From an uncultured Spirochaetota bacterium (GTDB lineage Bacteria; Spirochaetota; Spirochaetia; SZUA-6; Fen-1364), in assembly GCA_963781885.1 (NCBI GenBank), contig CAWAHW010000002.1:1088001-1152000 (forward strand): 64,000 nucleotides of DNA, in the 5' to 3' direction. Positions within the stretch are counted from its first letter, which is position 1; every line of letters begins with the position of its first letter. The position numbers and the translations under genes were made by a program. The notes beneath the pieces are model-generated. The model saw only the letters and a list, made by a program, of their open reading frames with translations. It searched no databases and was not told the DNA's origin. Shown in pieces: positions 28,907 to 40,046 of this stretch.

Positions 28907-30130
28907 GTGGCGTCCATCTTCCTCAAGCCATCAGAGACAAATGCGCACGCGATAGACATCGCAACGGCCGGGGACCTCGCGCGGCACCTGAGGGAGATCG
29001 ACGTCGCCGCGGACGACATCGACAAGGTGACGGATTCCTTCCTCCACTGCGCCATCAAGCTGGAAAAGGTCGATACGCGCGGCGCCAACCTCATGCGGGG
29101 CTACCTGGAAAGCCTGGGGGGCGGCATCGCGATGAGCCGCGAGGCCCGCGCGTATACCGCCCGCGATACGGACGTCATCATCTCGGGCAGCCGGCGGACG
29201 CTCCTCCTGCTCGCCGCGCGGCTGAAAGGCGAGCCCTACGGCCTGGATGCCGTGGGGAATGAGATTGCCGCCTGCACGGCCAATGGCACGAAGGTCATGG
29301 CCTGGGGCAACCGGACGCTCGACTTCACGCACAAGACCTACGTGATGGGCATCCTTAACTGCACGCCGGACTCCTTCTATCCTTCCAGCAGGGCCGCAAC
29401 CCTGAAGGAAGCGCTGAAGCTCGCCCGGGGCATGCTCGACGCCGGCGTGGACATCATCGATGTGGGTGGCGAATCGACCCGGCCGGGATCGGATGCCGTG
29501 CCGGAGGACGAGGAGATACGGCGCGTCATCCCCGTCATCCAGGCGCTTCGCGGGGAATCAGACGTCCTCATCTCCATCGATACGCGCAAGAAGGAAGTGG
29601 CGGCGAGGGCCCTCGACGCGGGCGCGGACATCGTCAACGACATCTCCGCCCTCCGGCACAATGACGAGCTTGCCCGCCTGGTCGCGCGGCGCCGTGTGCC
29701 GATCGTTCTCATGCACATGCGCGGCGTTCCCAAGACGATGCAGAAGAATCCCTCCTACCGCAACACGATCAGCGAGATCCTGCGCGACCTCCAGCAGTCC
29801 ATCGCGGCGGCCATGAGCGCCGGCATCGCGCAGGACATGATCATCGTGGATCCCGGCATCGGCTTCGGCAAGCGCATCCAGGACAACCTGCGCATCATCC
29901 GCGAGCTCTCGTCGCTCCAGTCGCTGAGCTTTCCCATCCTCGTGGGGCTGTCGCGCAAGGGCTTCATCGGCGAGATCCTGAACCGCCCCGTGGAGGAGCG
30001 CCTCATCGGCACGATCACCGCCAACACGCTCGCCATCCTGAACGGCGCCAACATCATCCGCGTGCATGACGTGTCGGACGCGGTGGAGATGGTGAAGATC
30101 ATCGATTCCGTGCGGCGGATCGGGTCGTAG
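28907..30130 (+). CDS. folP: Dihydropteroate synthase with N-terminal extension
   Basis: MGILNCTPDSF, DVGGESTRPG, DPGIGFGK, SRK and RVHDV motifs. Confidence 0.95.
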   Translation: MASIFLKPSETNAHAIDIATAGDLARHLREIDVAADDIDKVTDSFLHCAIKLEKVDTRGANLMRGYLESLGGGIAMSREARAYTARDTDVIISGSRRTLLLLAARLKGEPYGLDAVGNEIAACTANGTKVMAWGNRTLDFTHKTYVMGILNCTPDSFYPSSRAATLKEALKLARGMLDAGVDIIDVGGESTRPGSDAVPEDEEIRRVIPVIQALRGESDVLISIDTRKKEVAARALDAGADIVNDISALRHNDELARLVARRRVPIVLMHMRGVPKTMQKNPSYRNTISEILRDLQQSIAAAMSAGIAQDMIIVDPGIGFGKRIQDNLRIIRELSSLQSLSFPILVGLSRKGFIGEILNRPVEERLIGTITANTLAILNGANIIRVHDVSDAVEMVKIIDSVRRIGS

Positions 30131-30136
30131 GCGCGC

Positions 30137-30922
30137 ATGGACCAGCTCCTGAATACCTGGGTCGTCCGCGAGGTCATCCGTCCCGCGCTCGACGTCCTCA
30201 TGCTCGCCTACCTCCTGTACAAGAGCTGGCAGATCCTCGTGCAGACCCGGGCGGTGCAACTCATCAAAGGCACCGTTGTCATGGTGCTGATCTATGCCGT
30301 GTCCTTCTTCCTCCAGCTGGCGACGCTGCTCTGGATCCTCAACGTGCTCGTGCCGGGCCTCGTCATCGCGATCGCCATCATCTTCCAGCCCGAGCTGCGG
30401 AAGATCTTCACGCAGATCGGGAGTCGCGAATGGTTCCGCGTCGGGGGAAGGCAGGGCACGCCGCGGCTGGAGACCCTGCTCAGCGCGGTCGAGCTTCTCT
30501 CCACGCGCCGCCGCGGCGCGCTCATTGTCTTTCCCCGGCGCGTCGGGGTGAAAAACATCATCCAGACGGGGACCATCCTCAACGCCGAGGTGTCGTCGAA
30601 TCTCATCAGCACCATCTTCTTCGAGGGGACGTCGCTGCATGACGGGGCGATGATCGTGGAGGGCGACCGCATCGTCGCGGCGGGATGCTTCCTGCCCCTG
30701 TCGGAGCGGGAGGACGTGGAGAGCACGTTCGGCGCCCGCCACCGCGCCGCGCTGGGTCTCGCGGAAGAGACCGACGCGCTCGTCGTCGTCGTCTCCGAGG
30801 AGAACGGGGCGATCTCGCTCGCCCACGACGGGAACATCCGGTACAACATCACGATGGCGGAGGTGGAGTCGGGCCTGAAGAGCCTCCTGCGGGCCGAACG
30901 GCGCGGGGAGGAGCCGCAATGA
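30137..30922 (+). CDS. cdaA: Diadenylate cyclase CdaA
   Basis: Three TM helices; FQPELR, LHDGA, GARHRAALG and VSEE motifs. Confidence 0.93.
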   Translation: MDQLLNTWVVREVIRPALDVLMLAYLLYKSWQILVQTRAVQLIKGTVVMVLIYAVSFFLQLATLLWILNVLVPGLVIAIAIIFQPELRKIFTQIGSREWFRVGGRQGTPRLETLLSAVELLSTRRRGALIVFPRRVGVKNIIQTGTILNAEVSSNLISTIFFEGTSLHDGAMIVEGDRIVAAGCFLPLSEREDVESTFGARHRAALGLAEETDALVVVVSEENGAISLAHDGNIRYNITMAEVESGLKSLLRAERRGEEPQ

Positions 30923-31866
30923 ACGCCCGCCGCTTCATGCGGGTCCTCCTCGCCGATCTTCCCGTGAAGGTGATCTGCCTCACGGCCGCCGTGATCCTTC
31001 TCCTCTTCCACCGGGTCACCACCCTCTCCGAGCGATTCTTCAGCGTGCCCCTCGACGTGACCACGCCGTCGGGTCTCGCGGTGGCATCGTCCTTTCCCAA
31101 GACGGTGCGCATCACGCTGCGCGGCGCACAGGATGCGATCTTCCCGATCCTGGAAGAGGACGTCGGCGCGGAGGTAGACCTTGAAAGCCATCATTCCGCG
31201 GGGGTCTACCGCGCCGAGGTCAAGGTGTCGCGCCACGGGACGGCGCAGAACGTGGAGCCGCTGGAGATCCGCGTGGACCCGCAGGAGATCACCTTCACCC
31301 TGGAGCCGCTTACGGAAAAACGGGTCAACCTCGTTCCCGACCTCCGCGGCGCTCCCGCGTACGGCTTCGATCTCGTGCAGTCAGCGATCACGCCATCCGC
31401 CGTCGTCATCCGCGGCGCCCGCAGCCGCGTCCAGGGGGTCTCGGCCCTTTCCACGGAGGAAATCGATCTCACCGGGCGGACGGGCAGCTTCGCCTCCAAG
31501 GTGCGCATCGTCCTGCCCAACGCGCTCGTGCGGATCGCCGGGGACGCCCAGGCGGATTTCAAGGCGACGATCCAGGAATCGATCGTCGAAAAGACATTCG
31601 ACGACGTGGCCGTCGAGTCGATGGACCTGTCCCCGCACCTCGCGTTGAAGGAGCTGCCGGGAACGGGCACCGTCCAAGTGCAGGGGACGCAGCTCCTGGT
31701 GGACGGGGTGCGGCCCGAGCAGGTGCGCCTGCTGCTGGACATGGCCGGCGTACGGCGCGCGGGCCAGTACACGCTCCATCCGCATCCGGAGACGACGTCG
31801 AGCGTCACGGTTCTGGACTGGTCGCCGAAGGACGTGGTGGTGGACGTCGTGCCATCGGGAAACTAG
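30919..31866 (+). CDS. cdaR: CdaR/YbbR family protein
   Basis: N-terminal TM helix, repeated P..V.I.G YbbR units, directly after cdaA. Confidence 0.85.
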   Translation: MNARRFMRVLLADLPVKVICLTAAVILLLFHRVTTLSERFFSVPLDVTTPSGLAVASSFPKTVRITLRGAQDAIFPILEEDVGAEVDLESHHSAGVYRAEVKVSRHGTAQNVEPLEIRVDPQEITFTLEPLTEKRVNLVPDLRGAPAYGFDLVQSAITPSAVVIRGARSRVQGVSALSTEEIDLTGRTGSFASKVRIVLPNALVRIAGDAQADFKATIQESIVEKTFDDVAVESMDLSPHLALKELPGTGTVQVQGTQLLVDGVRPEQVRLLLDMAGVRRAGQYTLHPHPETTSSVTVLDWSPKDVVVDVVPSGN

Positions 31867-31878
31867 GAGGGTGCGGTC

Positions 31879-32259
31879 ATGATACTGGGAGTGGGAATCG
31901 ACGTCGTGCACGTTGACCGCATCCGCCGCTGGCAGGGCATCCCCGGCCTCTACGACCGCTTTTTCCACGCCGAGGAGCTCGCCATTGCCGTGCCCCGCGG
32001 CGAGGTGGGCATCCTTTCCCTGGCGGCACGCTTCGCGGCCAAGGAGGCTTTCGGCAAGGCCATCGGATCGGGTTTGAGGCATTTCGCCCTGCGCGAGATC
32101 GCCGTGCTCAACGATTCCACGGGCAAGCCGTTCATGCTGCTCACGGGGTCGGCGGAACGGGCATTCAAGGACTTCGGCGGCAACCGCCTTGTCTGCTCGC
32201 TGTCCCACGAGCGCGACAACGCGCTGGCGGTGGTGATCATCGAAGGGGAGCGTTCATGA
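31879..32259 (+). CDS. acpS: Holo-ACP synthase
   Basis: GVGIDVV, LAARFAAKEAFGKA and SLSHE motifs. Confidence 0.95.
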   Translation: MILGVGIDVVHVDRIRRWQGIPGLYDRFFHAEELAIAVPRGEVGILSLAARFAAKEAFGKAIGSGLRHFALREIAVLNDSTGKPFMLLTGSAERAFKDFGGNRLVCSLSHERDNALAVVIIEGERS

Positions 32260-33143
32260 GCGACGTCCAGAAAGTGACATTCTTCGAGAAAAAACAGACG
32301 GTCTGCCCGATCTGCGGGGCGAAGTTCTTTCGCGAGGACCTGCTCTCCGGCGGGGGCCGGCTGATCGCGGGCAATCTCACCAAGGAGCTGCGCAGGAACT
32401 ACGAGCCGTCCAAGAAGTTCGGCGCCATCCATCCCCTCATCTACGCGATCACGGTCTGCCCGATCTGCTACTTCTCGGCGTTGCCCCAGGACTTCGCGGC
32501 CGTGCCGGATGCGAGCGTGAAGAAGATGGAGGTGAACGCGGACGACAGGCGCCAGAGCATCGGCACGATCTTCCCGCAGCTCGACTTTACGTCGCCGCGG
32601 ACGCTCCACGAGGGCGTGGCGAGCTATTTCTTCGCCGCCATGTGCTACGATTTCTACGACAAGAAGTTCAACCCGACATTCAAGGCGGGGCTTTCTTCCC
32701 TGCGGGCGGCGTGGCTTCTCTCTGACCTGCACGAGGCAGAGCCCGGCGAAAGCTGGGATCATCTGGCGCTTCTGTTCTACCGCAAGGCGCATTTCTATTA
32801 TGCGTTGGCCCTGGAGCGCGAGAGCGGGGGGCAGGAGGCATTCGACGCGGCGCTCGCCTTCGGCCCGGACCTGGACAAGAATTACGGCTACTACGGGGTC
32901 ATCTACCTCGCGGCATACCTGGACTACAAGTACGGGCCCACCGCGGACGGGGAGAAACGCATCGCGGCCCTCCAGTATGCACGGCGCATGATGGCCAAGA
33001 TATTCGGGGTGGGCAGATCGTCGAGGAATCGGCCCACGGCCATCCTCGACAATGCAAAAGAGGTCTACGAGCTGATGGGAGTGGAAATAGAGAAGCTCCA
33101 GCCGGGCGCCAAGGTCGACGACGAAGCCTCGGATTCCGCCTAG
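32256..33143 (+). CDS. DUF2225 family protein
   Basis: Two CPIC zinc pairs; LRAAW motif; acpS-truA context. Confidence 0.8.
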   Translation: MSDVQKVTFFEKKQTVCPICGAKFFREDLLSGGGRLIAGNLTKELRRNYEPSKKFGAIHPLIYAITVCPICYFSALPQDFAAVPDASVKKMEVNADDRRQSIGTIFPQLDFTSPRTLHEGVASYFFAAMCYDFYDKKFNPTFKAGLSSLRAAWLLSDLHEAEPGESWDHLALLFYRKAHFYYALALERESGGQEAFDAALAFGPDLDKNYGYYGVIYLAAYLDYKYGPTADGEKRIAALQYARRMMAKIFGVGRSSRNRPTAILDNAKEVYELMGVEIEKLQPGAKVDDEASDSA

Positions 33144-33164
33144 GCCGCGGACCGGACGACCTGC

Positions 33165-33953
33165 ATGGCGGAGCGCAATATCAAACTCGTCGTGGCGTAC
33201 GACGGGACCGATTTCCTCGGCTGGCAGCTCCAGAAGACCGGCCGGACCGTCCAGGGAGTGATGCAGGAAGGCTTTTCGCGGATGCATGGGCATCCCGTCC
33301 AAGTCGTCGCGGCCGGCCGCACGGACTCCGGGGTGCATGCCACGGGACAGGTGGTGAACTTCTTTTCCACCATCGACTCCATCGCGCCTTCCCGTTTCCG
33401 CGACGCGGTGAACAGCTACCTGCCCCGGGACGTGCGCGTGCTCTCCAGTGCCGAGGTGAATGCCGGTTTTCACGCGCGGAAGTCCGCGCGGCTGCGCGTC
33501 TACCGCTACTACATCGCGCACGGGCCCGTCCTCCTGCCGCACCTGCGCAACTATCGCCTGTGGGTGCGGCGCGACCTTGACGTCGTGCGGCTCAATGAGA
33601 TGGCCGCCGCGCTCGTCGGGCAGCACGACTTCACCTGCTTCTCCGCCGAGGGGGACATGAACCACTCCAAGGTGCGGCGCGTGGACGTGTCGGCATTTCA
33701 CGTCGAAGGGGATACCCTGGTGTACACGGTGGCGGCATCGTCTTTTTTGTGGAAGATGGTACGCACGATCATCGGGACGCTGCTGATGCTGGAGGAACAG
33801 GGTCTGGGGGCGCGCGAGCTGCGCGTCATCATGGAAGCGGGACAGCGGTCGAATGCGGGGGGCACGGCCTCCCCCAGCGGCCTTTTTCTGGAAAGGGTTG
33901 TCTATGGCGCGGGATGCGAAGAGTCTCTGGAAGACCCTGAACCTGATGGATGA
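33165..33953 (+). CDS. truA: tRNA pseudouridine(38-40) synthase
   Basis: YDGTDF.GWQ, AGRTDSGVHA.GQ and FL.KMVR motifs. Confidence 0.95.
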   Translation: MAERNIKLVVAYDGTDFLGWQLQKTGRTVQGVMQEGFSRMHGHPVQVVAAGRTDSGVHATGQVVNFFSTIDSIAPSRFRDAVNSYLPRDVRVLSSAEVNAGFHARKSARLRVYRYYIAHGPVLLPHLRNYRLWVRRDLDVVRLNEMAAALVGQHDFTCFSAEGDMNHSKVRRVDVSAFHVEGDTLVYTVAASSFLWKMVRTIIGTLLMLEEQGLGARELRVIMEAGQRSNAGGTASPSGLFLERVVYGAGCEESLEDPEPDG

Positions 33954-34635
33954 CTGGCTGTCGGCGGGCTTCCGACGCCAGCATCCGGACGTGACCGTGG
34001 ATGATGCTGCCCGGCCCGCGGGGGCGACCGCGGTTTCGGAACCAGCCGCGTCTTCCGGAGCGCCGGGCGATGCCGATGCGCGCGCGGCGGAGCTCCAGGA
34101 AATCGCACGCCAGGTCGCTGCCTGCATGAAGTGCGGGCTTTCGGTGAACCGCACGGTGGCCGTGCCTGGTGAAGGCCCGCTGGACGCCGCGGTGATGTTC
34201 GTGGGGGAGGGACCGGGGGCAGAGGAAGACCGCACGGGGCGCCCCTTTGTCGGCGCCGCGGGCCAGTACCTGGATACGTGGCTCACTCCCATCGGCCTCA
34301 CCCGCGCGCAGTGCTTCATCGCCAACTGCGTGAAATGCCGGCCGCCGCAGAACAGGGAACCCCATCCGGATGAGATTTCCGCCTGCCTGCCATATCTCCA
34401 GCGCCAGGTCGCCCTCGTGCGCCCCCGGATCATCTGCTGCCTGGGCAGGATCGCGGCGCACACTCTCCTGGGCACCACGCGCAGCCTCGGGGAGCTTCGC
34501 GGCAAGACCCACTCCTTCCAGGGCATTCCCGTGATCGTCACCTACCACCCCAGCGCCGTGCTCCGCGACAAGGCGACCCTGCGGAAGCCGGTCTGGGACG
34601 ACCTGAAGCGCCTCCAGAGCATGCTCGCGCAATGA
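33904..34635 (+). CDS. Uracil-DNA glycosylase family 4
   Basis: C..C, GEGPG, PFVG, KCRPP.NR and TYHPS motifs. Confidence 0.92.
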   Translation: MARDAKSLWKTLNLMDDWLSAGFRRQHPDVTVDDAARPAGATAVSEPAASSGAPGDADARAAELQEIARQVAACMKCGLSVNRTVAVPGEGPLDAAVMFVGEGPGAEEDRTGRPFVGAAGQYLDTWLTPIGLTRAQCFIANCVKCRPPQNREPHPDEISACLPYLQRQVALVRPRIICCLGRIAAHTLLGTTRSLGELRGKTHSFQGIPVIVTYHPSAVLRDKATLRKPVWDDLKRLQSMLAQ

Positions 34636-36577
34636 GCAGGTTTGTCGAGCTCGCCTTCAACCTTCCCGTCCGCAAAGCCTTCACGTACGCCTTGCCGGAT
34701 GGGCTGTCCGCCGCAACGGGCCAGAGGGTCGCCGCGCCCTTCGGCGCCCGCAAGCTCACGGGCATGGTGGTGGGCGAAAGGGACTCCGCCCCCGCCGGCG
34801 TTGCGGAGATACGCGAAATCACGCGCGTCATCGACGACCGGCCCGTTTTCGACGACAAGGTGGTCCAGCTTGCACGGTGGATGTCGCGCATGTACATGTG
34901 CTCGCTGGGAGAGGCGCTTTCCGCCATGCTCCCGGCGGCCGGCGCGAGGCGGAGCAGGAAGAAACGGCCCTGGAGGAAGAGCCGCGGCTGCACGAGCTTG
35001 CGCCGCAGCAGACAGAAGCGATTGCCGCGGTGCTGGAGAAGGGAGCAGGCTCGTACTACCTCTTCGGCGTCACCGGCTCCGGCAAGACGGACGTCTTCCT
35101 CCACGTCGCGCGGGACGTCGTGTCGCGCGGCAAAGGCGTCATCTACCTCGTGCCGGAAATATCGCTCACCCACCAGGCCGTCCGCATTTTCCGCACGCAC
35201 TTCAAGGACCGGCTGGCCATCCTTCACTCTTCGCTCACGCCTTCCCAGCGCCTGAAGGAATGGACCCGCGTCCTGGACGGGGCCGTGGACATCGTGATCG
35301 GCGCGCGCAGCGCGATCTTCGCGCCTTTTCCCCGTCTGGGCCTGGTGGTGATCGACGAGGAGCACGAAGGCTCCTACAAGTCGGGCACGACGCCGCGCTA
35401 TCACGCGCGCCAGGTTGCCATGTACCGGGCGGGGCAGGAGGGGGCGATCCTCCTCATGGGAAGCGCCACGCCTTCCCTGGAAGCGTGGCACCACATGCGG
35501 GAGGGAACCTTGACCGGTCTCAGGCTCCCGGACCGGTTGAGCGGCGGGGCGATGCCCGCCGTGGAGGTCGTGGACATGCGCCGGGAAAAGGGGCCGCTCT
35601 CCGCGCCGCTCCTGGACCGGATCGGCCGGGTGCACGCCGAGGGGCGGCAGGCCATCCTCTTTCTCAACCGGCGCGGCTTCTCCTACATGTTCCACTGCCG
35701 ATCGTGCGGCTACGAGATGACCTGCGCGCACTGCTCGGTGGCCATGACGTATCACAAGGAACGACAGCGCATGATCTGCCACTACTGTGGATCCTCCGCT
35801 GCTCCCGTCACCGTCTGCCCGACCTGCGGATCGCTGGACGTCGGCTATTCTGGGTTCGGCACGGAGGGCATCGAGGAGGAACTGGGCCGCCACTTCCCCC
35901 GCATGGTGGTTCGCAGGATCGACACGGATGCGGTGAAGAAGAAAAAGGTGCTGAAGGAGGCGCTTGCCGATTTCCGCGACGGCAAGATTCACGTCCTCAT
36001 CGGTACGCAGATGGTGGCAAAGGGTCTGAATTTTCCCGGCGTGAAGCTCGTGGGCATCGTGAATGCCGACACGGGCTTCCAGATGCCGGACTTCCGGGCA
36101 GCGGAGCGCACGTTCAGCCTCCTGGTCCAGGTGTCGGGGAGGGCAGGGCGATCGATACCGGACGGCATCGTTCTCATCCAGACCTTCCGTCCCGGCGCCG
36201 CGGCCATCCTCATGGCGCGGGAGGGCAGGCTGGAGGAGTTCTATGCTGCCGAGCTCGACATGCGCCGCCAGCTCGGCTTTCCGCCGTTCAGCAGGCTCAT
36301 CCGCCTGGTGGTGCGCTCCCGCAGCCGGCAGAAGGCACTCGATGCGTGCGCCGCGCTCGCCCGCGCGCTGTCAGAGCCGGTGAGTGGCGTCGCGGAGCTG
36401 CTCGGTCCCGCGGAGTGCCCCCTGGCGCGCATCTCGGGAAGCTATCGTTACCACTGCATCGTGCGCGCGACGCGTTTCTCCGAGGCGCATGCGCGGGTGA
36501 GCGCGGCGTTGGAGGCCTTCCGGGTGCCAGCGGGCGTCCACGTCGAGGTCGACGTCGACCCGCAGGCCCTCCTCTGA
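34632..36577 (+). CDS. priA: Primosomal protein N', one C missing near 34931
   Basis: GVTGSGKT, DEEH, SATPS, four CxxC and GTQMVAKG motifs; N-terminal domain in ORF 34632..35255. Confidence 0.93.
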
Positions 36578-36638
36578 TCGCGAAAGACTTGGCGCCCGCG
36601 GTCGATTTTGATACTATAGATGCAAGGCGAGCGCGCAG

Positions 36639-37127
36639 ATGCTTCCCATCATCAAGCTTGGCGATTCGATGCTCACGAAACACTCGGTCGTGGTACCCGA
36701 CATAAACGGCGATATCCAGACCCTTGTTTCCGATATGTTCGATGCGATGGATCGCGGCAGGGGCGTGGGGCTCGCGGGTGTCCAGGTGGGCCGCCTGCTG
36801 AGGCTCTTCATCACCCGCGTGCCCGGCGACTCTCCGCGCGTCTTTATCAATCCCGACATCCTGGAGACCTCGATCGAGCAGGAGCCGTTTGAAGAGGGCT
36901 GCCTCAGCATCCCCGGCCTCTACACGGACGTGACCCGTCCTTCCTCCGTACGCGTGCAGGCATGGAATCTCAAAGGCCGGCCGTTCAGCCTCACGGTGGA
37001 CGGGTATCTCGCCCGGGTGATCCAGCACGAGTTCGACCATTTGAACGGGATTCTTTTCATCGACAGGATAGATCCGAAGAAAAAACTTCGCCTGCTCTCT
37101 GGGTACGAGGCAAAAGTAGAGGTCTGA
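36639..37127 (+). CDS. def: Peptide deformylase
   Basis: GVGLA, EGCLS and QHEFDHL motifs. Confidence 0.96.
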   Translation: MLPIIKLGDSMLTKHSVVVPDINGDIQTLVSDMFDAMDRGRGVGLAGVQVGRLLRLFITRVPGDSPRVFINPDILETSIEQEPFEEGCLSIPGLYTDVTRPSSVRVQAWNLKGRPFSLTVDGYLARVIQHEFDHLNGILFIDRIDPKKKLRLLSGYEAKVEV

Positions 37128-38074
37128 TGCGCATCCTTTTCGCGGGGACGCCGGCGCTGGCCGTTCCCTCGCTCGAGGCGGCAATGCGTGCCTGCGAGGT
37201 GGCGGCGGTCCTGACGAGCCCCGACCGACCCGCCGGCCGCGGACGCTCCCCCACGTCATCCCCGGTGAAGGCGGCGGCCCTCTCCCGGGGGCTCGCCGTG
37301 CTCACCCCGGAAAAGCTCGATGCAGATGCGCTGAGCCGCGTGCGCGCGCTCGCCCCCGATCTCCTTGTCGTTGCGGCGTACGGCAAGATCTTCCGGCCCG
37401 CCTTCCTGGAAATCTTTCCCCTGGGCGGAATCAACCTGCACCCTTCGCTGCTTCCCCGGTACCGGGGGCCGTCGCCCATCACGGCGGCCATACTGGGCGG
37501 CGATGCCGAGACGGGTGTGACCGTCCAGCGCGTCGCGGCGAAATTCGACACCGGCGACATCCTTGCGCAGGAGCGCTGCCCGCTGGGGGGGGATGAAACC
37601 ACCGGCACACTCACCGAGACGCTCGCCCGACGGGGCGCGGAGCTGCTTTCCCGGGTGCTTGTCGAGCTGGCGGCGGGCCGGCAGCCGACCGCGATTGTCC
37701 AGAGGGACGATGAGGCGACCTACTGCGGCACCCTGGAAAAGGACGACGGGAAGCTGAGCTGGGATGAGCCGGCCGCGCTCATCGAGCGCAAGATACGCGC
37801 CTTCGATCCCTGGCCGCGCGCCCGTACCGTTTTCAACGGGGAAATGCTCCTGCTCTTGAAATCCCACGTGTATCCGGATAGCCTCTCCCGAGAAGTGGCA
37901 CGCGGGGTGCCGGGTGACGTGCTGCGCGGTGACGCACAACACGGGCTGTTGGTCTGCGCGGGGACCGGCATCCTTGCCCTGGAACGCCTCCAACTGCAAT
38001 TCAAGAAGCCGCTGGACTGGCGGGCCTTCCTGAACGGGAATCCGGGCATCGTCGGAGCCCGCCTGGGGGCATGA
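37127..38074 (+). CDS. fmt: Methionyl-tRNA formyltransferase
   Basis: FAGTP, NLHPSLLPRYRG.SPI and D.GDI motifs. Confidence 0.95.
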   Translation: MRILFAGTPALAVPSLEAAMRACEVAAVLTSPDRPAGRGRSPTSSPVKAAALSRGLAVLTPEKLDADALSRVRALAPDLLVVAAYGKIFRPAFLEIFPLGGINLHPSLLPRYRGPSPITAAILGGDAETGVTVQRVAAKFDTGDILAQERCPLGGDETTGTLTETLARRGAELLSRVLVELAAGRQPTAIVQRDDEATYCGTLEKDDGKLSWDEPAALIERKIRAFDPWPRARTVFNGEMLLLLKSHVYPDSLSREVARGVPGDVLRGDAQHGLLVCAGTGILALERLQLQFKKPLDWRAFLNGNPGIVGARLGA

Positions 38075-38086
38075 GCAAGAGGACGT

Positions 38087-39166
38087 ATGAGGGACTTCAT
38101 CTGGAAACTGCAGACATGGTTCGAGAAGGCGCTGGCGTGGACGCAGGCCTTTCTCCGCAAGGTGCTCCCCCACGCGGACGATGCCCCTGAGCTTCGAAGC
38201 CTCAAGATCTACGTTTTCCTTTTCGTCGGAATCATCGGGCTCATGATCGTGATCGGCGGCATCACGTTCGGCATCGCCGTCCGCGGCCAGCCGGAAACAC
38301 TCGTGCCGAACGTGCAGGGCAAGGACGTGCTGGATGCCCTGATCGACCTGCAGTCAAAGGAGCTCGTGCCCGACATCCAGGTGCAGTACTCGGCGGAAAG
38401 CGCCAAGGACACGGTCCTCTCCCAGCGCCCGTCGCCGGGAACCCTCGTGAAGGCCGGCAAGCACGTGACGCTGAGGATCTCCAAGGGTCCGGTGGTCGAC
38501 AAGGTGGAGAGCTACGTCGGCTGGACGCTCGCGGAGGTCAAATACCACCTCCAGACGATCTTTGCGACGCACAGCGCGAGCATCATCATCAAGACGCCCA
38601 TCATCTACCAGTACAAGGCGGGCGTGCCCTCCGGCCAGGTCATCGCCCAGAGCCCGGAGCCGGGCACGAAGATCACGGACGTGACCTACGTCGAGCTCGT
38701 CGTGAGCCAGGACCAGAGCGCATCGTCTTCGATCGCCGCGGGCGACTATGTCGGCAAGAGCTTCCAGGAGGCCATCCAGGACCTCACGAAGGATTCCATC
38801 CCGTTCACGTTCACGCTCGCCACGAACGGCAAGGGTGCAGCCGGGTCCGTCGTCGACCAGAATCCCGACAAGGGTACGCCGCTCGCGAACGGGCAGGTCG
38901 TCCAGCTCACCATGATCCCGCCAACGGCCGCAAGCATCGGCAAGGACAATATATTCGGGCTCTTCAAGTACTCGCTCCCCGACCAGCCTATCGCCGTGAC
39001 GATCCGTCTCGTGATCGCCTCCGACTCCCAACCGCAGGAGATATTCTCCATGAAGCATTCCGGCGGGCCCCTGTCCGTGCCGTATATCGTACCGGACGGC
39101 AGCGAGCTCGTTCTCTACGTTCTCGACCAGGAGGTGGACAGGGAAAAGGCGGTCGCCGTCAAGTGA
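38087..39166 (+). CDS. Membrane-anchored PASTA domain protein
   Basis: TM helix; three V..Q.P..G PASTA repeats. Confidence 0.88.
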   Translation: MRDFIWKLQTWFEKALAWTQAFLRKVLPHADDAPELRSLKIYVFLFVGIIGLMIVIGGITFGIAVRGQPETLVPNVQGKDVLDALIDLQSKELVPDIQVQYSAESAKDTVLSQRPSPGTLVKAGKHVTLRISKGPVVDKVESYVGWTLAEVKYHLQTIFATHSASIIIKTPIIYQYKAGVPSGQVIAQSPEPGTKITDVTYVELVVSQDQSASSSIAAGDYVGKSFQEAIQDLTKDSIPFTFTLATNGKGAAGSVVDQNPDKGTPLANGQVVQLTMIPPTAASIGKDNIFGLFKYSLPDQPIAVTIRLVIASDSQPQEIFSMKHSGGPLSVPYIVPDGSELVLYVLDQEVDREKAVAVK

Positions 39167-39213
39167 CGATTGTTGACAGGAGCCGCGGTTCCTGGTATTT
39201 TTCTTCTGTTCAT

Positions 39214-39284
39214 GCGAGCGTCGTAAAATGGCATTACCCCAGCTTCCCAAGCTGGAGTCGGGAGTTCGATTCTCCTCGCTCGCT
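39214..39284 (+). tRNA. tRNA-Gly (anticodon CCC)
   Basis: GCGAGCG/CGCTCGC acceptor, CCAGC-TTCCCAA-GCTGG arm, GTTCGA; TTGACA-17-TATTTT upstream at 39173. Confidence 0.94.
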
Positions 39285-39503
39285 AACTTGTTTCTGGATT
39301 AGGAATTGGATGGCAGTGTTTTATTGAATCCTGCGGCGATACTTTGTTATAATTTTCTGAACTTCCCGCAAACCAATACAAAGCGAAATCCCAAGAGGCA
39401 AGTTCTTGGCCACTGAGCTGCACCCCTCAAACTGGCGGCAGCTGCCAGGCGAGCTTGTACGCCCCTGCAATCGAGCCGCATTTGCGTTCAGTGCCTGACA
39501 ACC

Positions 39504-39660
39504 GTCACACGCTGATGTTTTTGCGCTGGAACGACCATAGAGGGAGCCGAGAACCAGCACTGCCGCGGCAGCAAGCGGCACAGCAATGTCAACAGTGGAA
39601 AGCCCGTGCTGCATCACGTCGGCGGTGTCGTAGTATGCGTAGAAGGAGATCACGTCAGGC
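39504..39660 (-). pseudogene. C-terminal remnant of an ABC-2 type permease
   Basis: SFYAYYD.....hydrophobic helix, then shifted F.RK.ISV; no N-terminus. Confidence 0.35.
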
Positions 39661-40046
39661 ATCGATTCTAGGAACGGCTCATAGTGAACATTGGCATTGT
39701 CATGGTGTTCGCGGCCTTCTTTTTGAGATTCCTGAAGAACCCACAAGCTACGCGCCGCGTCACCGGTAAAGCCCCGCCAGATGCAATTGGGACACAGTGG
39801 GGCCTTTTCCGCTCATGGTCGATAGTGCTGTGCCGCCTGGCTCCCGCTCCCCGGGCGTCTTTGTAGTTTTAGCAACTGCTACAGCGTCAAGCCCCCGCGG
39901 CGGGGTTTTGGGGGGCTTGAACGTTACAGATTGAGGCAATAGAATGACGAAAACGAGAAATGGATGTTGGATTCATAAAAGGATTCTGGGTCTAAACGGG
40001 AAATCTCGGACGCTGAGTCGTGCAAGCTTGCACCAAGGAGAGAGAG

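Noticed and set aside
28871-29330. FolP N-terminal extension as a novel fusion
   Set aside because: Similar extended FolP proteins are, to my knowledge, common in several bacterial phyla
31950-34541. Long antisense or alternate-frame ORFs (863 aa here; also 279..2057, 1875..3557, 34642..36705)
   Set aside because: Shadows of real genes in high-GC DNA, Arg/Pro/Ala-rich with no motifs
39862-39921. Inverted repeats TCAAGCCCCC/GGGGGCTTGA and TAGCA-AC-TGCTA as an ncRNA or MerR promoter
   Set aside because: The palindromes are real, but no associated gene or recognisable family supports a call
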